A stretch of 64,000 nt of DNA from Octopus vulgaris (lineage: Eukaryota). The notes below the pieces were generated by a model. It ran no database searches. It had not been told where the DNA came from and was given only the letters and a program-made list of their open reading frames with translations. The stretch lies in assembly GCA_951406725.2 (NCBI GenBank), contig OX597832.1, forward strand, positions 48,856,001-48,920,000. Direction: 5' to 3'. Below are positions 41,159 through 55,326 of the stretch, in pieces. The translations under genes and the position numbers were made by a program. Every line of letters starts with the position of its first letter. Positions within the stretch are counted from its first letter, which is position 1.

Positions 41159-41274
41159 GCATATATATGTACACACATATGCATATATATGTGCGTGCGT
41201 GCATACGTATGTATATATACATATATATATATTATATATGCACACACATATATATGTTTATATATATATATATA

Positions 41275-41321
<47 letters not shown>

Positions 41322-41342
41322 GTGTGTATGTTTATGTATATA

Positions 41343-41396
<54 letters not shown>

Positions 41397-41418
41397 CATA
41401 TATATACATATATATATA

Positions 41419-41451
<33 letters not shown>

Positions 41452-42213
41452 CATGTACGCATTCATGCACACGCTCACACGCTCACACACACACACACAC
41501 ACACACAGATAATAAAACTGTATGTGCATGTGAGCAAAAGGATGTACACATGCGCGACTACGACTCTCTTGTTTATACTCTTATCTTTCTGTTCATCTTC
41601 TTGTTTCTCACAGCAGAAAGCACTGGAAGTCAGCGGATCGTAAGGAAGAAAAAAAAGCATTTTAATAGTTAGTTGTCAAATAATGTTTCTTAAAGACATG
41701 AGCTTGGCAGATCCAATCAATTTTCTCCCTCTCTCTTTTCAGCACTATCTCTTAGATTTTCTTCCTACCACTCTCGAAAACAGAGGTTCCGTAAATGTCT
41801 ATCTGCCTTGCTCCTTCAATTCAGTTACACGAAGCAAACGAATTAAATGCTTACAATTCTATCTACAAAAAACATATGTGAAATGTACAGTGTTACCCCC
41901 TTAAAACAAAGAAATTCTCCTAACCTGCAGCAGCATTTGTTTACACATTCTGGTCTAAGAAATTCAAAACTAATTTGTTTCAACCAAACAGAACACAACG
42001 CCAGGAGCGCTATAACAAGGGCCTATATGTTCTCATGAAGTAATAAATACTTAAATAACCTATAACGACCATAAAGCAATAGTTACGTTCATGATTATAA
42101 TCATATTATATAATATTAATGTTGCGCTAAGCTCCAATGTGTACGAATACACTGCTAAGTGTGTGTCTAATGTTCAAAATACTTCATAGGTTTTATATAC
42201 ATCTATGCACATA

Positions 42214-42610
42214 GTCGCCGTAGTGACTGTGTGGTAAGTAGCTTGCTTGACAACCACATGGTTCCGGGTTCAGTCCCACTGCGTGGCACCTTGGGCAAGT
42301 GTCTTCTTCTATAGCCTCGGGTCGACCAAAGCTTTGTGGGTGGATTTGGTAGACAGAAACTGAAAGAAGCCCGTCGTATATGTGTATATGTAAAGATATA
42401 TATATATATGTATGTGTGTGTATATGTTTGTGTGTCTGTGTTTCTCCCTCCGAACATCGCTTGACAACCGATGCTGGTTTGTTTACGTCCCCGTAACTTA
42501 GCGATTCGGCAAAAGAGACCGATAGAATAAGTACTAGTCCTGGGGTCGATTTGCTCGACTAAAGGTGGTGCTCCAGCATGGCCGCAGTCAAATGACTGAA
42601 ACAACTAAAA
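42214..42610 (+). mobile_element. SINE family A
   Basis: Near full-length match. Confidence 0.9.
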
Positions 42611-42864
42611 GCAAGGATAAGAACTTTTGTATTTCATCCGTCGTATTCAATAGACCGTATTTCTGTAGACGTTATTTTGTAATGAAATTGAAATGATCTG
42701 CGAATTAAGTTTCAGACATTATAGACGGCACACAACTTGCTAAGAGAACACAGACACACACACACACACAAGCACACACACACACAAATACACACACACA
42801 CACTTACCTGTCTATTTATTTGCCTACTTATCTTTGTATATCTTTAAGTATGTATTTATCTATA

Positions 42865-42908
<44 letters not shown>

Positions 42909-42977
42909 CATTCATTTATACATCCATCAATCTACCTAACTAACTATCTGTCTGTCTGTCTGTCTGTCTGGCTGTGC

Positions 42978-43017
<40 letters not shown>

Positions 43018-43066
43018 CCCTCTCTCTCTTTCTCTATATATATATATATATCTGTGTATCTCCTTG

Positions 43067-43127
<61 letters not shown>

Positions 43128-43586
43128 CTATCTACAAGAACTCTCCGATCCCCAACCTTCCAATATATACCACGATGCGTTTTGAAACTGCAAAGCAAAA
43201 CAAGTCGTGAGAGCCATGTCAAGAACGGAAGAAAGTTTTTTCAAAGCAAATCAAATGAAATTGTCAGTTTCTTTTTTATTCTTACTATTTCAAAGATTTT
43301 ACTCCTTAAATTTGTAGCTCTGTTGACGTAATGCCGTCAAGTCGTTTAATCGATTTTATCAACTAAACAGCTCGAGGGGATATCTCCACCCACAGAGATA
43401 TACGTGCACGCACATACACAAAACTCAGATAAGCACACACATACGCGCGCACACACACACACACATGCACAAACACACATGAGTGTTTGTACGTACAAAT
43501 AATGAAATAAATAAATGCACATATATATATATATATATGTGTGTGTATGTGTCTATATATAAATATATATATATATACATATATAC

Positions 43587-43630
<44 letters not shown>

Positions 43631-43766
43631 GTGTGTGTATATAAATATATATACATATATATCTCTGTGTGTGTATATAAATATATATACATATACATAC
43701 AAACATATACATATATATATACATATATGTATGTATGCATGTATGTATATATATATAAGTATAAAG

Positions 43767-44382
43767 ATGAGCTTGGCAGAATCGTAATCACGTCGGGCGA
43801 AATGCTTAGCAGTGTTTCGTCTATCTTTATGTTCTGGGTTCAAATTCCACTGAGGTCGACTTTGCCTTTCATCGTTTCGGGATCGATAAATTAAGTACCA
43901 GTAGTGTATTGGAGTCGATCTAACCGACTGGCTCCTCCCCCAACATTTCAGGCCTTGTGTCTAGAGTAGAAAGCAATGCTAGTAGGAAGGCGGCGAGCTG
44001 GCAGAACCGTTAGCACGCCGGGCGAAATGCTTAGCTGTATTTCGTCTGCCGTTACGTTCTGAGTTCAAATTCCACCGAGGTCGACTTTGCCTTTCATCCT
44101 TTCGGAGTCGATTAAATAAGTACCAGTTACGCACTGGGGTCGATGTAATCGACTTAATCCGTTTGTCTCTCCTTGTTTGTCCCCTCTGTGTTTAGCCCCT
44201 TGTGGGTAGTAAAGAAATAGGTATTTCGTCTGTTGCTACGTTCTGAGTTCAAATTCCGCTGAGGTCGACTTTGCCTTTCATCCCTTCGGGGTCGATAAAT
44301 TAAGTACCTGTTGCGTACTGGGGTCGATATAATCGCCTGGTCTCCACTCCCCAAAAATTTTGGGTCTTGTGCCTAGAGTAGA

Positions 44383-44384
<2 letters not shown>
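43767..44384 (+). mobile_element. SINE family B monomer (43767-43975) followed by a dimer (43989-44384)
   Basis: Dimer cores at 44077 and 44261 (period 184); last unit ends in tail 2. Confidence 0.9.
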
Positions 44385-44415
<31 letters not shown>

Positions 44416-45168
44416 TTCACTATCTGTAAACATAGCTATTTTTCTATCTCTCCCCCTATGTATATGTGTGAGTACAATCTCTCCTGCATATGTACACATA
44501 TTATGCGTATAAGTACACATAGTCCGAACTTTTAAATATCTCAATACACGCACACACATAAGTGCATACCTACTTATTTACATAGAGAGATGGATATGTA
44601 GTTACATACATACATAGATACATATGTGCATACGCGCGTACAGCAGACAAACACACACACATAGACACAGAACATGCTGATTCACGAAAATATTAAATGG
44701 AAATACTTGAAATGTGCGCATGCGCTAAAACTCGTAAGAAATAATACAAAGTACACTGGTCCAGGTCATCGGTGCAGAGTCAGTACAACAGCAGAATTTC
44801 AGTTCACTTTCCTCTTATATAATATGACAACGCCACTATTAGTGCCTCGTTGTCCATTTGGCATCTGAAACAAGATCTACGTACGTGTTCCTGTGTGTAG
44901 AGGTGTGTAGAGGTTTCTATTAGTGAGAATTATATGAACATCGTCCGTTTTTCTGTCCTTGTTTCGTACACATTCGATCCTTTTCCCGAGGAATCTAATG
45001 ATCTTAGCTTAGTTTTTCCTTGGGGCTGGCCAGATTGGAGCAATCTCAAGATTAATCAGCCGAAATTGCGAGGATGATCCGGTTATTGACTGAAGATTAA
45101 AGGCTTCGAATGACCTGTCCGTGTTTTTTATCGTCTATTTGAATGTTTTGCGTTCTTGTCCCATTTTG

Positions 45169-45219
<51 letters not shown>

Positions 45220-45394
45220 TATACATATGTTGATTGGTGAGAGGGATTTACATGGGCGATTATATATAATAACCACCGGATGAATTACAGCGGGATTAAG
45301 CACCGTAAGTAATACCAGACGCTCCTTACGACTCGATGCGTTTAACCTGAACTCGAATTATGACCGAGTGCATAAATTATCCCTGTCAACTAAT

Positions 45395-45531
<137 letters not shown>

Positions 45532-45635
45532 GGTCCCGGGTTGATTCGGGTTAACCACAGTAGTAAGGTACTCAATATACAGAGTAAAATTAATTTATTA
45601 TATGAATGAAACAGTACTAGTCCTGTAGAGGCTCC

Positions 45636-45709
<74 letters not shown>

Positions 45710-46159
45710 GTATGTATATAACTTTGTTTTTCCTTAATGAGATAAAAAAAAAAACAAGGCTGTGTAGATTTTAGAACATTTATAAATAGTGCCACAGCTC
45801 GTGAGCTGAAACTAGATAAAATAAAAAAATAAAAATGAAAAAAATATATAATAGTATTCCAATCTGATTTTTGTTAGTAAAGGCTAAAAAACTCTTGGAA
45901 AATTTTCGATCTCATTGGAACTCCTCAAAGATCGTGGAAAATTAATAAGTTTATCATTATATTGAATAAAATAATGGGGTCCACTGTACGCTATGAATAG
46001 CTTTGGATATTTAGTAAGGCTGAAATATATCCGGAGTTGTTGCTCTTACTTGCCAAAACAAGATTAAAATCATTTGACGATCTTCAGCCAATGTTTTGCA
46101 CTGTTCACCATATTAGTTATTATTAATTAATTTTTTTTTTTTCATTGACTGCATTAAAT

Positions 46160-46335
46160 ATTTGGAAGCCATCTACTCGCAATACCAGAGGGCGCACACT
46201 CTCCTACCCTGATGTAATCTCCAGGGATACAGGCATCCATCAACAGGACCTCCGTAATGCTATGATGGACCGTGAAGTCTGGCGTAGCATAGTAAATTCC
46301 ATTGTCTCGACCACGGTCGAACAATGATGATGGTG
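46160..46335 (+). mobile_element. RTE-type LINE extreme 3' end
   Basis: WKPSTRNTRGRTLSYPDVISRDTG...LRNAMMDREVWR then stop inside a short (TGA)n tail. Confidence 0.75.
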
Positions 46336-46524
46336 ATCATGGCACTAACTTTTCTGATATTATTCTATTATCGCCAAAATGAAATAGGTTTTACTTTAAT
46401 CAGTTCTGGTTTGTAAAGAGTCAGGCGTGTAAATAATAAATAACAGCGTTCCATTCTGTGTACAATATACGTCATCACAGCATGACTTTCATTTCTGGAG
46501 TTGTATGTTATAACACCGACATTT

Positions 46525-46900
46525 TCACTGATGACATAACTTCAACAATGTTATGTAGAAAATTTCTTTGATAGCACAACATGTATTATTGTCATACAGA
46601 AAGATTCATTTATGACAAAGTATGTATTGCTATCATATGCAAGCAATCATTGATGACGAAGTCTATGTATTGTTTAGAAAGAGCATACTTTCTTAATGAC
46701 GTAATTTATAGAGAAATGCTCTTTGATGATGTAATTTATGCATAATTATCTTAGAAACAATTTAGTCACCTAGCTTATGCATTATTATCGTGCAAAAAAC
46801 CTCATTGATGAGGTACTTTACGTATGGGTATGGCAGAAAATATCGTTAATTATATATCTGTGATGTTTTTATACGTAGGCAATTTCGCTGATGAGGTAAC
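46525..46900. repeat. Highly degenerate ~41-bp minisatellite
   Basis: t(g/t/a)atga-like anchors near 46529, 46569, 46611, 46651, 46694, 46724, 46806, 46889, most followed by tatgtatt...agaaa-like sequence. Confidence 0.5.
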
Positions 46901-47366
46901 ACGTATTTTTACGAGATTTTATAAAATTGGTGTCGTAATTTGTACGCTCACACATGCACACATACGCACACGCATATTTGTATGTATGTATGTATGTATG
47001 TATGTATGTATGTATGTATGTATGTATGTATGTATGTATTTTATCACATAAGGAAAATCTTTCATGTAATATAGGGAGTCGGTCAACCAGCAATTGGCAA
47101 CCAATCCAAGAATTTAAAAATTATATGTAAAATTAAAATTTGTTTATCTAAATTCTTCCAAAGAGGAGTACTCCGTTCCGTGGATTCCATATTATTCTTT
47201 ATATTATGAGTTTAGATTACAAAATCTCAAATCATATATAAACAACATATTCCCACCTAAAAATATAACATCGATAAGAAATCAATATATATATATATAT
47301 ATACAGAGAGAGAGAGAGAGAGAGAAAGAAAGACAGACACACAGAAACACAGACAGACAGACAGAC

Positions 47367-47428
<62 letters not shown>

Positions 47429-47429
47429 G

Positions 47430-47463
<34 letters not shown>

Positions 47464-47659
47464 CACACGATACACAAACAAAACACTCGCACACGCACGG
47501 ACACACACAGAGACACATACGCACGCACATATTATGTATGTATGTATATATGTATGCATGTATGTATGTATGTATGTATGTATGCATGTATGCATGCATG
47601 CATGCATGTATGTATGTATGTATGTATGTATGTATGTATGTATGTATGTTTGTATGTAT

Positions 47660-47828
47660 GAACTCCACAGTTTGTTTTTTTATTCTCTCTATTTCCTCTT
47701 ATTCCTTTCTGCCGAAGAGCGTGGGCTCGAAACGTAAAAGACTTTTCCATTTTTGCCGAGCGTCACACTAACATACCTCCTTGCTATTCATACACCTTTC
47801 CTCTTTGCTTTTCAATAATTTTGAACTA
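47660..47828 (+). mobile_element. Family P1 element with hammerhead motif at 47705-47740
   Basis: cttt CTGCCGAA gagc-gtgg-gctc GAAA cg TA aaag. Confidence 0.75.
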
Positions 47829-47919
47829 TATATATATATATATAACGACTGGATTTGTATCATCTAAACAGACGGGGCAAGAGATTCATTATCATTACCC
47901 TGTACTGGAGTTTAAGCCC

Positions 47920-48135
47920 GCGTGATGGCAGAATCGTTAGCAAGCAATACGACATGCTTAGCAGCAGTTCGTTCGTCCGTTCTTACGTTTGAGTTCAAAT
48001 TCCGCCGAAGTCGATTTTGCTTATAATCATCTTTCGAGGACGATAAATTAAGTACGAATAGAGCACTGGGATCGATGTAATTTGACTTACTCCTCCCTCG
48101 AAATTACTGGGCCTGTGCTCAAATTTGAAACCATT
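47920..48135 (+). mobile_element. Decayed SINE family B
   Basis: tggcagaatcgttagc...gagttcaaattccgccgaagtcga; another decayed copy at 50150-50360. Confidence 0.75.
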
Positions 48136-48493
48136 ATCACACACAGGCGTATTTCATAAAAGAAAACGGCACAAATTATTTCCCTTTGTAACTGTAAATC
48201 TCTCCGTAACACTATGACATAAAAGATTCTTCATCGAAAGCAACAATCATCACAATGGCATTTTTAAAAAATCATTTTTCCATTAAAAACGTTGTAAAAT
48301 CGTAAAACATTCTGCATGATTATAAACATTTTGACGAGTTGTAAAAATAAATGTTGCGGAAATTTATTTTTCTCTTACAATATAACAGAAATTGTTTATT
48401 TTTGCACCTCATAAAGAAAAGCTTAACATGGAATTTATGTGCGTTTAACATAACTTTAAAAATAATGTAACTTAAGCAATCTCACACACGGAT

Positions 48494-48564
<71 letters not shown>

Positions 48565-48817
48565 TGTGTGTGTGTTTGTATCTATGTGTGAGTGTATTTG
48601 TATGATAGTGTATATATGGGTATGATTTTCAGTGCGTATTCACATACATACATGCATACATACATACATACATACATACATACATACATACATACATACA
48701 TACATTCATATATATATATATATTGTATAATTACATTTATGTATGAATGGAAGCATGTTTCACGTGCGTACGTGTGTATGTGTGTGTGCATGTATATATA
48801 TATATATATATATATAA

Positions 48818-48855
<38 letters not shown>

Positions 48856-49609
48856 ACACATATATATACATACATACGTACGTATATATGTATATGTGTG
48901 TGTGCATGTCTGTATATATATACATATATATATACATAAACACACATATATACATACATACATACGTACGTATGTATGTATGTATATGTGTGTTTATGTT
49001 TATTTATATATATATATATATATATATACATACACACATACATGCATACATACGTACGTACGTACTACGTACGCACGTAAAACATGCTTCCATTCATACA
49101 TAAATGTAATTATAGAATACTTCGAGTAATAGAAAGCACCCCATTGTAACATTGTATATCAATAGATTATTCTTTCCCATTCTGTTTCCAGATCATTCGG
49201 AATCCAAATCACAGAGATATTAAAGCCAGTATGAATTAGAAATCCATAATTTCAGTTCTTGTTACAAAGGGTCGAAACCCCGATTTAACTATTTAATTCC
49301 TATTTTATTCTCATGTTTTAACCAGGTGTTGTTTTAATCAGATTCGCAAGGAAGTGGTAATGTTATTGTTTAATCTATGAACAGCCTTCATCAAAGAGAG
49401 ACATAATCAAAAACATCCCATCCGTGACAATCCGGTCTTTTAAATCATTTCAGCTCTGATTTAAGAACGTTATTCAATATATACTTAATTTTTTTAAATC
49501 TTAGGATTATAAGATACAGAAATAATTCATTCTCAAACGCATGATAATGCTAATACAATAGTATGAACAGGATAAACTATCCATATATTGCAGAAGAAAA
49601 TCGTTACCG

Positions 49610-49680
49610 GCCAACCATGAAATTCGAATTCACATTCCTGTGATTACGCGTCAAATGCTTTATCTTTAAGCTAAACTGTC
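49610..49680 (-). pseudogene. tRNA-like cloverleaf remnant (Thr-CGT-like)
   Basis: Minus: GACAGTT TA GCTT-AAAGATA-AAGC A TTTGA-CGCGTAA-TCACA GGAAT GTGAA-TTCGAAT-TTCAT GGTTGGC; D and T arms pair, acceptor and anticodon stems have mismatches, D-loop GG and U33 absent. Confidence 0.5.
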
Positions 49681-50515
49681 AAGTAACGAATTGCTCTGCA
49701 ATTTTAGGATTTATAAATCTAGCTTTATAAGACGCTAACGTTAAATTCAACTTATGATGAAAGTAAACGAACAATGTTTGCTTTAGCAGCGTTGAGATGT
49801 ATTGAAAGATAGAGAAATAATTTATTCTCAAACGCATGATAATGCTAATACAATAGCATGAACAGGATTATGTATTATTTGCGAATTATTTCATTGCCTT
49901 ACTCGAGGCCCTTCTTTTCACTCAAGAGTAGTATCTTTGTATAATGTGACAACAGGAATATTAGTCGTTTCACTCAGAACCCTTAAATCTACACGTTCCT
50001 TCTTTCGCTCGAGTCAAAAAATATATATGTTGCAATTTTCCTTTTTACTTGGTTTCATTTGACACTTCGTTCGGTCTTAGCTTTAATCTTCTGTCATAAT
50101 TCAAATTATGTCGAGAATAATTTACATGAATATTAATTAAATTCGATCTAGGCGGGGCGCTGGCAGAATCATTAGTCCGCCGGGCAAAATGCCTAACATT
50201 TCCTCTGCCTTTATGTTCCGAGTTCAAATTCCGCCGACGTCAACTTTGCCTTTCATCCTTTAGAGGTCGGTGAAATAAGACCCAGTTGAGGACTGGGGTC
50301 ATTGTAATCGACTTACCCCGTGGGTATTACTGGTTTTGTGTCAAAATTTGAAACCAATATAAATTATCATTTGAAGTTTACCGCTTTATTGATCCTAGAA
50401 GAAAAAAAGGAGCAAAATTATCAAGCAAAATGCGTGTTATTTATATACCACACGCATTTTTTTAAGACACTCAAACGAATCTAGTAATCACTTGTCCTAC
50501 CTTAGACCATCAGCT

Positions 50516-50718
50516 TCATGGTTCCTCTGCTTTGTGGCAGAAGTAGGAAGAAAGAGTGAGAGAAGGAGTACAACGGGGTTCACCACCATACCCCGCCGGA
50601 GGCTCGTGGAGCTTAGGTATTTTGCTCAATAAACACTCGCAATGCCCGATCTGGGAATCTAAACTGCATTCTTACGATCGCGGGTCCGCTGCCCAAACCA
50701 TTGTGCCATTGCGCCTCC
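50516..50718 (-). mobile_element. SINE family C, start of tail 3 (truncated)
   Basis: Family C head plus catggttcctctgctttgtggcagaagtaggaag, shared with 55577-55610. Confidence 0.8.
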
Positions 50719-50723
50719 ACACA

Positions 50724-51104
50724 CGCTGCTACTGCTGTTGCTGTTGCTGTTGAGCGAAGCGGTCTTCGTCCTCTTGGGAGAAGTTCTAAACGTGGTCCTT
50801 TGCTATTCGTAAGACCCGCAGAAGAGAAAGCAGGTCAACCCCCGACACCGAGAGCATCGACGGATGGATGAATGCGCATCCAGGCTCAGCGGTTGCGTAG
50901 GAAGTCGGGGACAAGAAACAGGAAGAAAGAGTGAGAGAAAGTTGGAGCGAAAGAGTACAACAGGGGTCGCCACCCCCACCCCCCTGCCGGGGCCTCGTGG
51001 AGCTTTAGGTGTTTTCGCTCAATAAACACACGCAACGCCCGGTCTGGGAATCGAAACCGCGATCCTCCGACCGCGAGTCCGCTGCCCTAACCATTGGGCC
51101 ATTG
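50724..51104 (-). mobile_element. SINE family C, tail 2
   Basis: Family C head and body; different 3' region ending in (CAACAG)n. Confidence 0.85.
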
Positions 51105-52192
51105 CTGCTGTTGATGAGCTCGACGGCGACGAGAATGATGATAATAGTGATATTGATGAAGAAGGTGCCGAACTTAATGACTTTTTAAAATGTGGTCTCT
51201 TTGCTGAAACTGCTAAGCAATGATGGCGTCTCTTTTGCCGAAACTGCCAATTTATGGTAACGTAAACAACAAAGCAAAGAGAGGGAAAAAAACGCAACGA
51301 GAAAAAGTAAACCAGGACTTTTGATGGTCGGGCAGTCATTCTGTATATTTGACAAGTGTTTCATGTCTTGTGAGCTGAGCATCGCCAGTTGGCAATAGAA
51401 CTACGGTAATTTATATGCGCCATCAACACCAATACCACCTACACCAACACCACTATCACCACTATCAATACAAAATCAAATGCTGAATATTACAGGAATG
51501 AAAGGAAAAATTCGCTTTCTGTGATTGGTGTCTTCACATTAAATATTGATTCCTCCTAATTCACATATCACAAAGACTAACCATTTGAGAGTATGAATTT
51601 CAAAAAACGTTGAAAATGAAATTAAGGAAAGAGAAAATCATAAAGCAAGCGTTGTTCTTTATTCTAGATTATAATAATTTTGAATAAAATATTAAATTAA
51701 GGTCGATAGGGACCTTTAATACGCATTCATTTTCGTTTCTTCTGGTGTAAATGGTAGCATTTCAGAATAAATATTCAGAAATTTGCATAATTTCAGGTTA
51801 CGTGAAAATATCTCGGTATCTATGGTTATCATGGTGTTTATTTATTCTTACGGCTGCAATTGAATACATCTTCTTCAATTCATTTGAGGTTTGCTGGCTT
51901 TTGTTTTTGAAACGAAGAAATAAATTCATTTTAGTTTTAAGAGGAAAATAAAAAGAAACACGTATACATTTTTACAATAAAATATTTTGTGTGAATTTGT
52001 ATGAATTTATATGAATATTTGAATTCATTTCTTAATTTAACTTAAATGTCATAATTCAGTTTGACATTTTAACATGTTACTGTTGTACAATCCATAAAAC
52101 ACTCGCTGCCATAGTTAGACTAACAGTTTCGCTTTGGAAGTACACAGAGTTCTAATAATTGATACAAACAGAAACAGTTCGTTAACAGAGAA

Positions 52193-52368
52193 GGCGCAGG
52201 AGTGGCTGTGTGGTAAGTAGCTTGCTTACCAACCACATGGTTCTGGGTTCAATCCCACTGCGTGGCACCTTGGGCAAGTGTTTTCTACTATAGCCTCGGT
52301 CCGACCAAAGCCTTGTGAGTGGATTTGGTAGACGGAAACTGAAAGAAGCCCGTCGTATATATGTATAA

Positions 52369-52429
<61 letters not shown>

Positions 52430-52797
52430 TGTGTCTGTGTTTGTCCCCGCAACATCGCTTGACAACCGATGCTGGTGTGATTGCGTCTCCGTAACTTAGC
52501 GGTTCGGCAAAAGAGACCGATAGAATAAGTACTAGGCTTACAAAGAATAAGTCCTGGGGTCGATTTGCTCGACTAAAGGCGGTGCTCCAGCATGGCCGCA
52601 GTCAAATGACTGAAACAAGTAAAAGAAAAGATGCTGGTGTGATTGCGTCTCCGTAACTTAGCGGTTCGGCAAAAGAGACCGATAGAATAAGTACTAGGCT
52701 TACAAAGAATAAGTCCTGGGGTCGATTTGCTCGACTAAAGGCGGTGCTCCAGCATGGCCGCAGTCAAATGACTGAAACAAGTAAAATAAAAGAAAAA
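52193..52797 (+). mobile_element. SINE family A with tandemly duplicated 162-bp 3' region
   Basis: gatgctggtgtgattgcgtctcc starts at 52468 and 52630; copies essentially identical. Confidence 0.93.
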
Positions 52798-52916
52798 TAA
52801 TAATAATTGGCATCATTGAGGTCCAGCATTCAACTCCCGAACGGATGAAGGGCAAAGTCGATTTTAAACTCAGAACTTAGGGATGGACAAAATACCGTTA
52901 AGTATTCTACCCGGCG

Positions 52917-53188
52917 AGGAGGCGCGTGGCTTAGTGGTTAAGGTGTCAGCATCATGATCGTAAGATTGTGGTTTCGATTCCTGGACCGGCTGACGCGTTG
53001 TGTTCTTGAGCAAAACACTTTATTTCACGTTGCTCCAGTCCACTCAGCTGGCAAAAATGAGAACCGCTGTGATGGACTGGCGTCCCGTCCAGCTGGGGAA
53101 CACATACGCCATTGAAACCGGGAAACCGGGCCCATGAGCCTGGTTAGGCTTTAAAAGGGCGCATTTATATTTATTTTTATTTATTTAT
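52917..53188 (+). mobile_element. SINE family D tail b, full length, inserted into a decayed family B SINE
   Basis: 14-bp TSD TATTCTACCCGGCG at 52903-52916 and 53189-53202; (TTTA)n tail. Confidence 0.93.
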
Positions 53189-53946
53189 TATTCTACCCGG
53201 CGTGTTAACGATTCTACCAGTTTGCTGCCTTAAAATATTGGTTTCAAATTTTGGCACAAACTCTGCAAATTCGGTGAAAGGGTAACTTTTAAAGATAACA
53301 ACTATTATAATAACAATAACTGCAACAACAACACCATCAACTACAAAAAGAACTGATATTGTTTTATGCATTGTTTCTCGTTAATAAGCCCCATTATTTC
53401 ACTATAATTTATTTTGGCTTCAAACCCATCCACAATCTTTGATATATTATTTCCTTATCTTATTTTATATCCTTTCTTCCTAATCTTATCAATTTTTAGC
53501 AATTACTTACAAATGTTTATATGATTCTTATCATTTATTTCAAGCCACGATTCCACTAATATAAAATCTAATATTCATCCTTATTTACAATAGAACTATT
53601 CTATTACATTCAAGGACACCCTATACACCATTCTGCACAAAACACCACCTGCGGCACTTGTTTCGTTGCAATTTTTTTGTATCGTACTAATGGTTATTCA
53701 ATATACTTGCTAGTGTTTCTTCTACACCGCAGTTATGTCGTCGAGCGCTTATAATTGTTCGTCTTTGAACCACACTCACATAAAACATTTCCTCTTCTTT
53801 CAGCCCCATATCTATAATAGTCTAATACTCCTCTCCATATGCCACCTCCAGAGGAGGAGGAGGGGTGGCGATTATGATGCTGAAGACGAAGAAGAAGAAG
53901 AGGAAGGCGAGGAGGAGGAGGAGGAGAAAAAGGAGGAGAAGAAGAA

Positions 53947-54137
53947 GTCTATCGCGTGTGGCGGGCGGGTGGACCTTCAAGTTGCCACACCCATTCTTAG
54001 TAGCTTAGAGTAGGCTCCAAGTAGAGATTATTCTTTGTGGCTAATGGCGTGAGTCCTGATTGGGAGGAGAAGAAGAAGAAGAAGAAGAAGAAGAAGAAGA
54101 AGAAGAAGAAGAAGAAGAAGAAGAAGAAGAAGAAGAA
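53947..54137 (+). mobile_element. Tail-3 retroposon 3' end with (GAA)n tail
   Basis: agtctatcgcgtgtg...gcgtgagtcctgattgg then (GAA)n; reverse copies at 55320 and 56340. Confidence 0.85.
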
Positions 54138-54138
54138 G

Positions 54139-54408
54139 CACGTTGTATATATATATATGTATGTGTATATATAAATGTTTGCTTGTGTGTCTGTGTTGGT
54201 CCCCCCCCCCCAACATCGCTTGACAATCGATGCTGGTGTATTTACATCCCCGTAACTTAGCGGTTCGGCAAAAAGAGACCGATAAAATAAGTACTAGGCT
54301 TACAAAGAATGAGTCCGGGGGTCGATTCGCTCGACTAAAGGCGGTGCTCCAGCATGGCCGCAGTCAAATTGACTGAAACAAGTAAAAGAGTAAAAGAGTA
54401 AAAGAGTA
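54139..54408 (+). mobile_element. SINE family A 3' half
   Basis: From the internal microsatellite to (GTAAAAGA)3. Confidence 0.9.
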
Positions 54409-54896
54409 TGCTTTTGTCTTTATAATACCCAATGCACCAATTATTACAGCAACCGTTTGTTTTTCTTCGGTCGTCACAAATTATGAACAGATTCAGCAAT
54501 CAGTTATTTAATTGGATGCATTGTCTGTCTGTGTGTCACGGCCAAACATCACAACATCAATCTGTTTTGATTGAGTACCAAAATATTTGTCTGGTCACGG
54601 TTACGAATTCCTAACCCAAACTAGACAATCATCAATTACATCAAGCAATTTAAATCTTATTTAGAATAAAATTTATCAGACGATGATGCTTGCCGCAATG
54701 TCTTCCAGACTCTATTATTACCGATTTTCTGAAAATAGACAGATTCTCTCACCGGATCACTAATTTGGTTTTTCATATTAATTTACAAATTTTCTTGTGA
54801 AGTTCTTAACTCGATTCACCTTTTCTCACATTGGTTATCTCTTTCTTATTTTTCATATCGAGTTAGATCATTTCCTCATTGTTGTTTCTGCTGCCG

Positions 54897-55326
54897 TTCT
54901 TCTTCTTCTTCTTCTTCTTCTTCTTCTTCTTCTTCTTCTTCTTCTTCTTCTTCTTCTTCTTCTTCTTTTTCTTCTTCTTCTTCTTCTTCTTCTTCTTCTT
55001 CTTCTTCTTCTTCTTCTTCTTCTTCTTCTTCTTCTTCTTCTTCTTCTTCTTCTTCTTCTTCTGCTTCATCTTCTTCTCCTTCTCCTCCACCTCCTCCTCC
55101 TTCGTCTTCTTCTTCTTCTTCTTCTTCTTCTTCTTCTCCTCCTCCTCCTTCTACTTCTCCTCCTCCTCCTTCTTCTTCTCCTCCTTCATCTTCTTCCCCT
55201 CCTCCTCCTCCTTATCCTCCTCCTTCTTCTCCTCCTCCTTCTCTTCATCCTCATCATCCTTCTTCTCTTCTTCTTCTTCTTCTTCTTCTTCTTCTTCTTC
55301 TTCTTCTTCTTCTTCTACTTCTTCTT
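54897..55326. repeat. (CTT/CCT)n microsatellite, expanded tail of the adjacent retroposon
   Basis: Contiguous with ccaatcaggactcacgcc at 55327. Confidence 0.95.

Noticed and set aside
51110-51290. Acidic peptide-like stretch DGDENDDNSDIDEEGAEL
   Set aside because: Degenerate (GAT)n running into SINE A fragments; no splice or homology support.
52921-52990. Functional tRNA genes at SINE heads (also 10610-10685, 38180-38250, 51035-51104)
   Set aside because: A and B boxes present but they continue into SINE bodies and the cloverleaf is incomplete.
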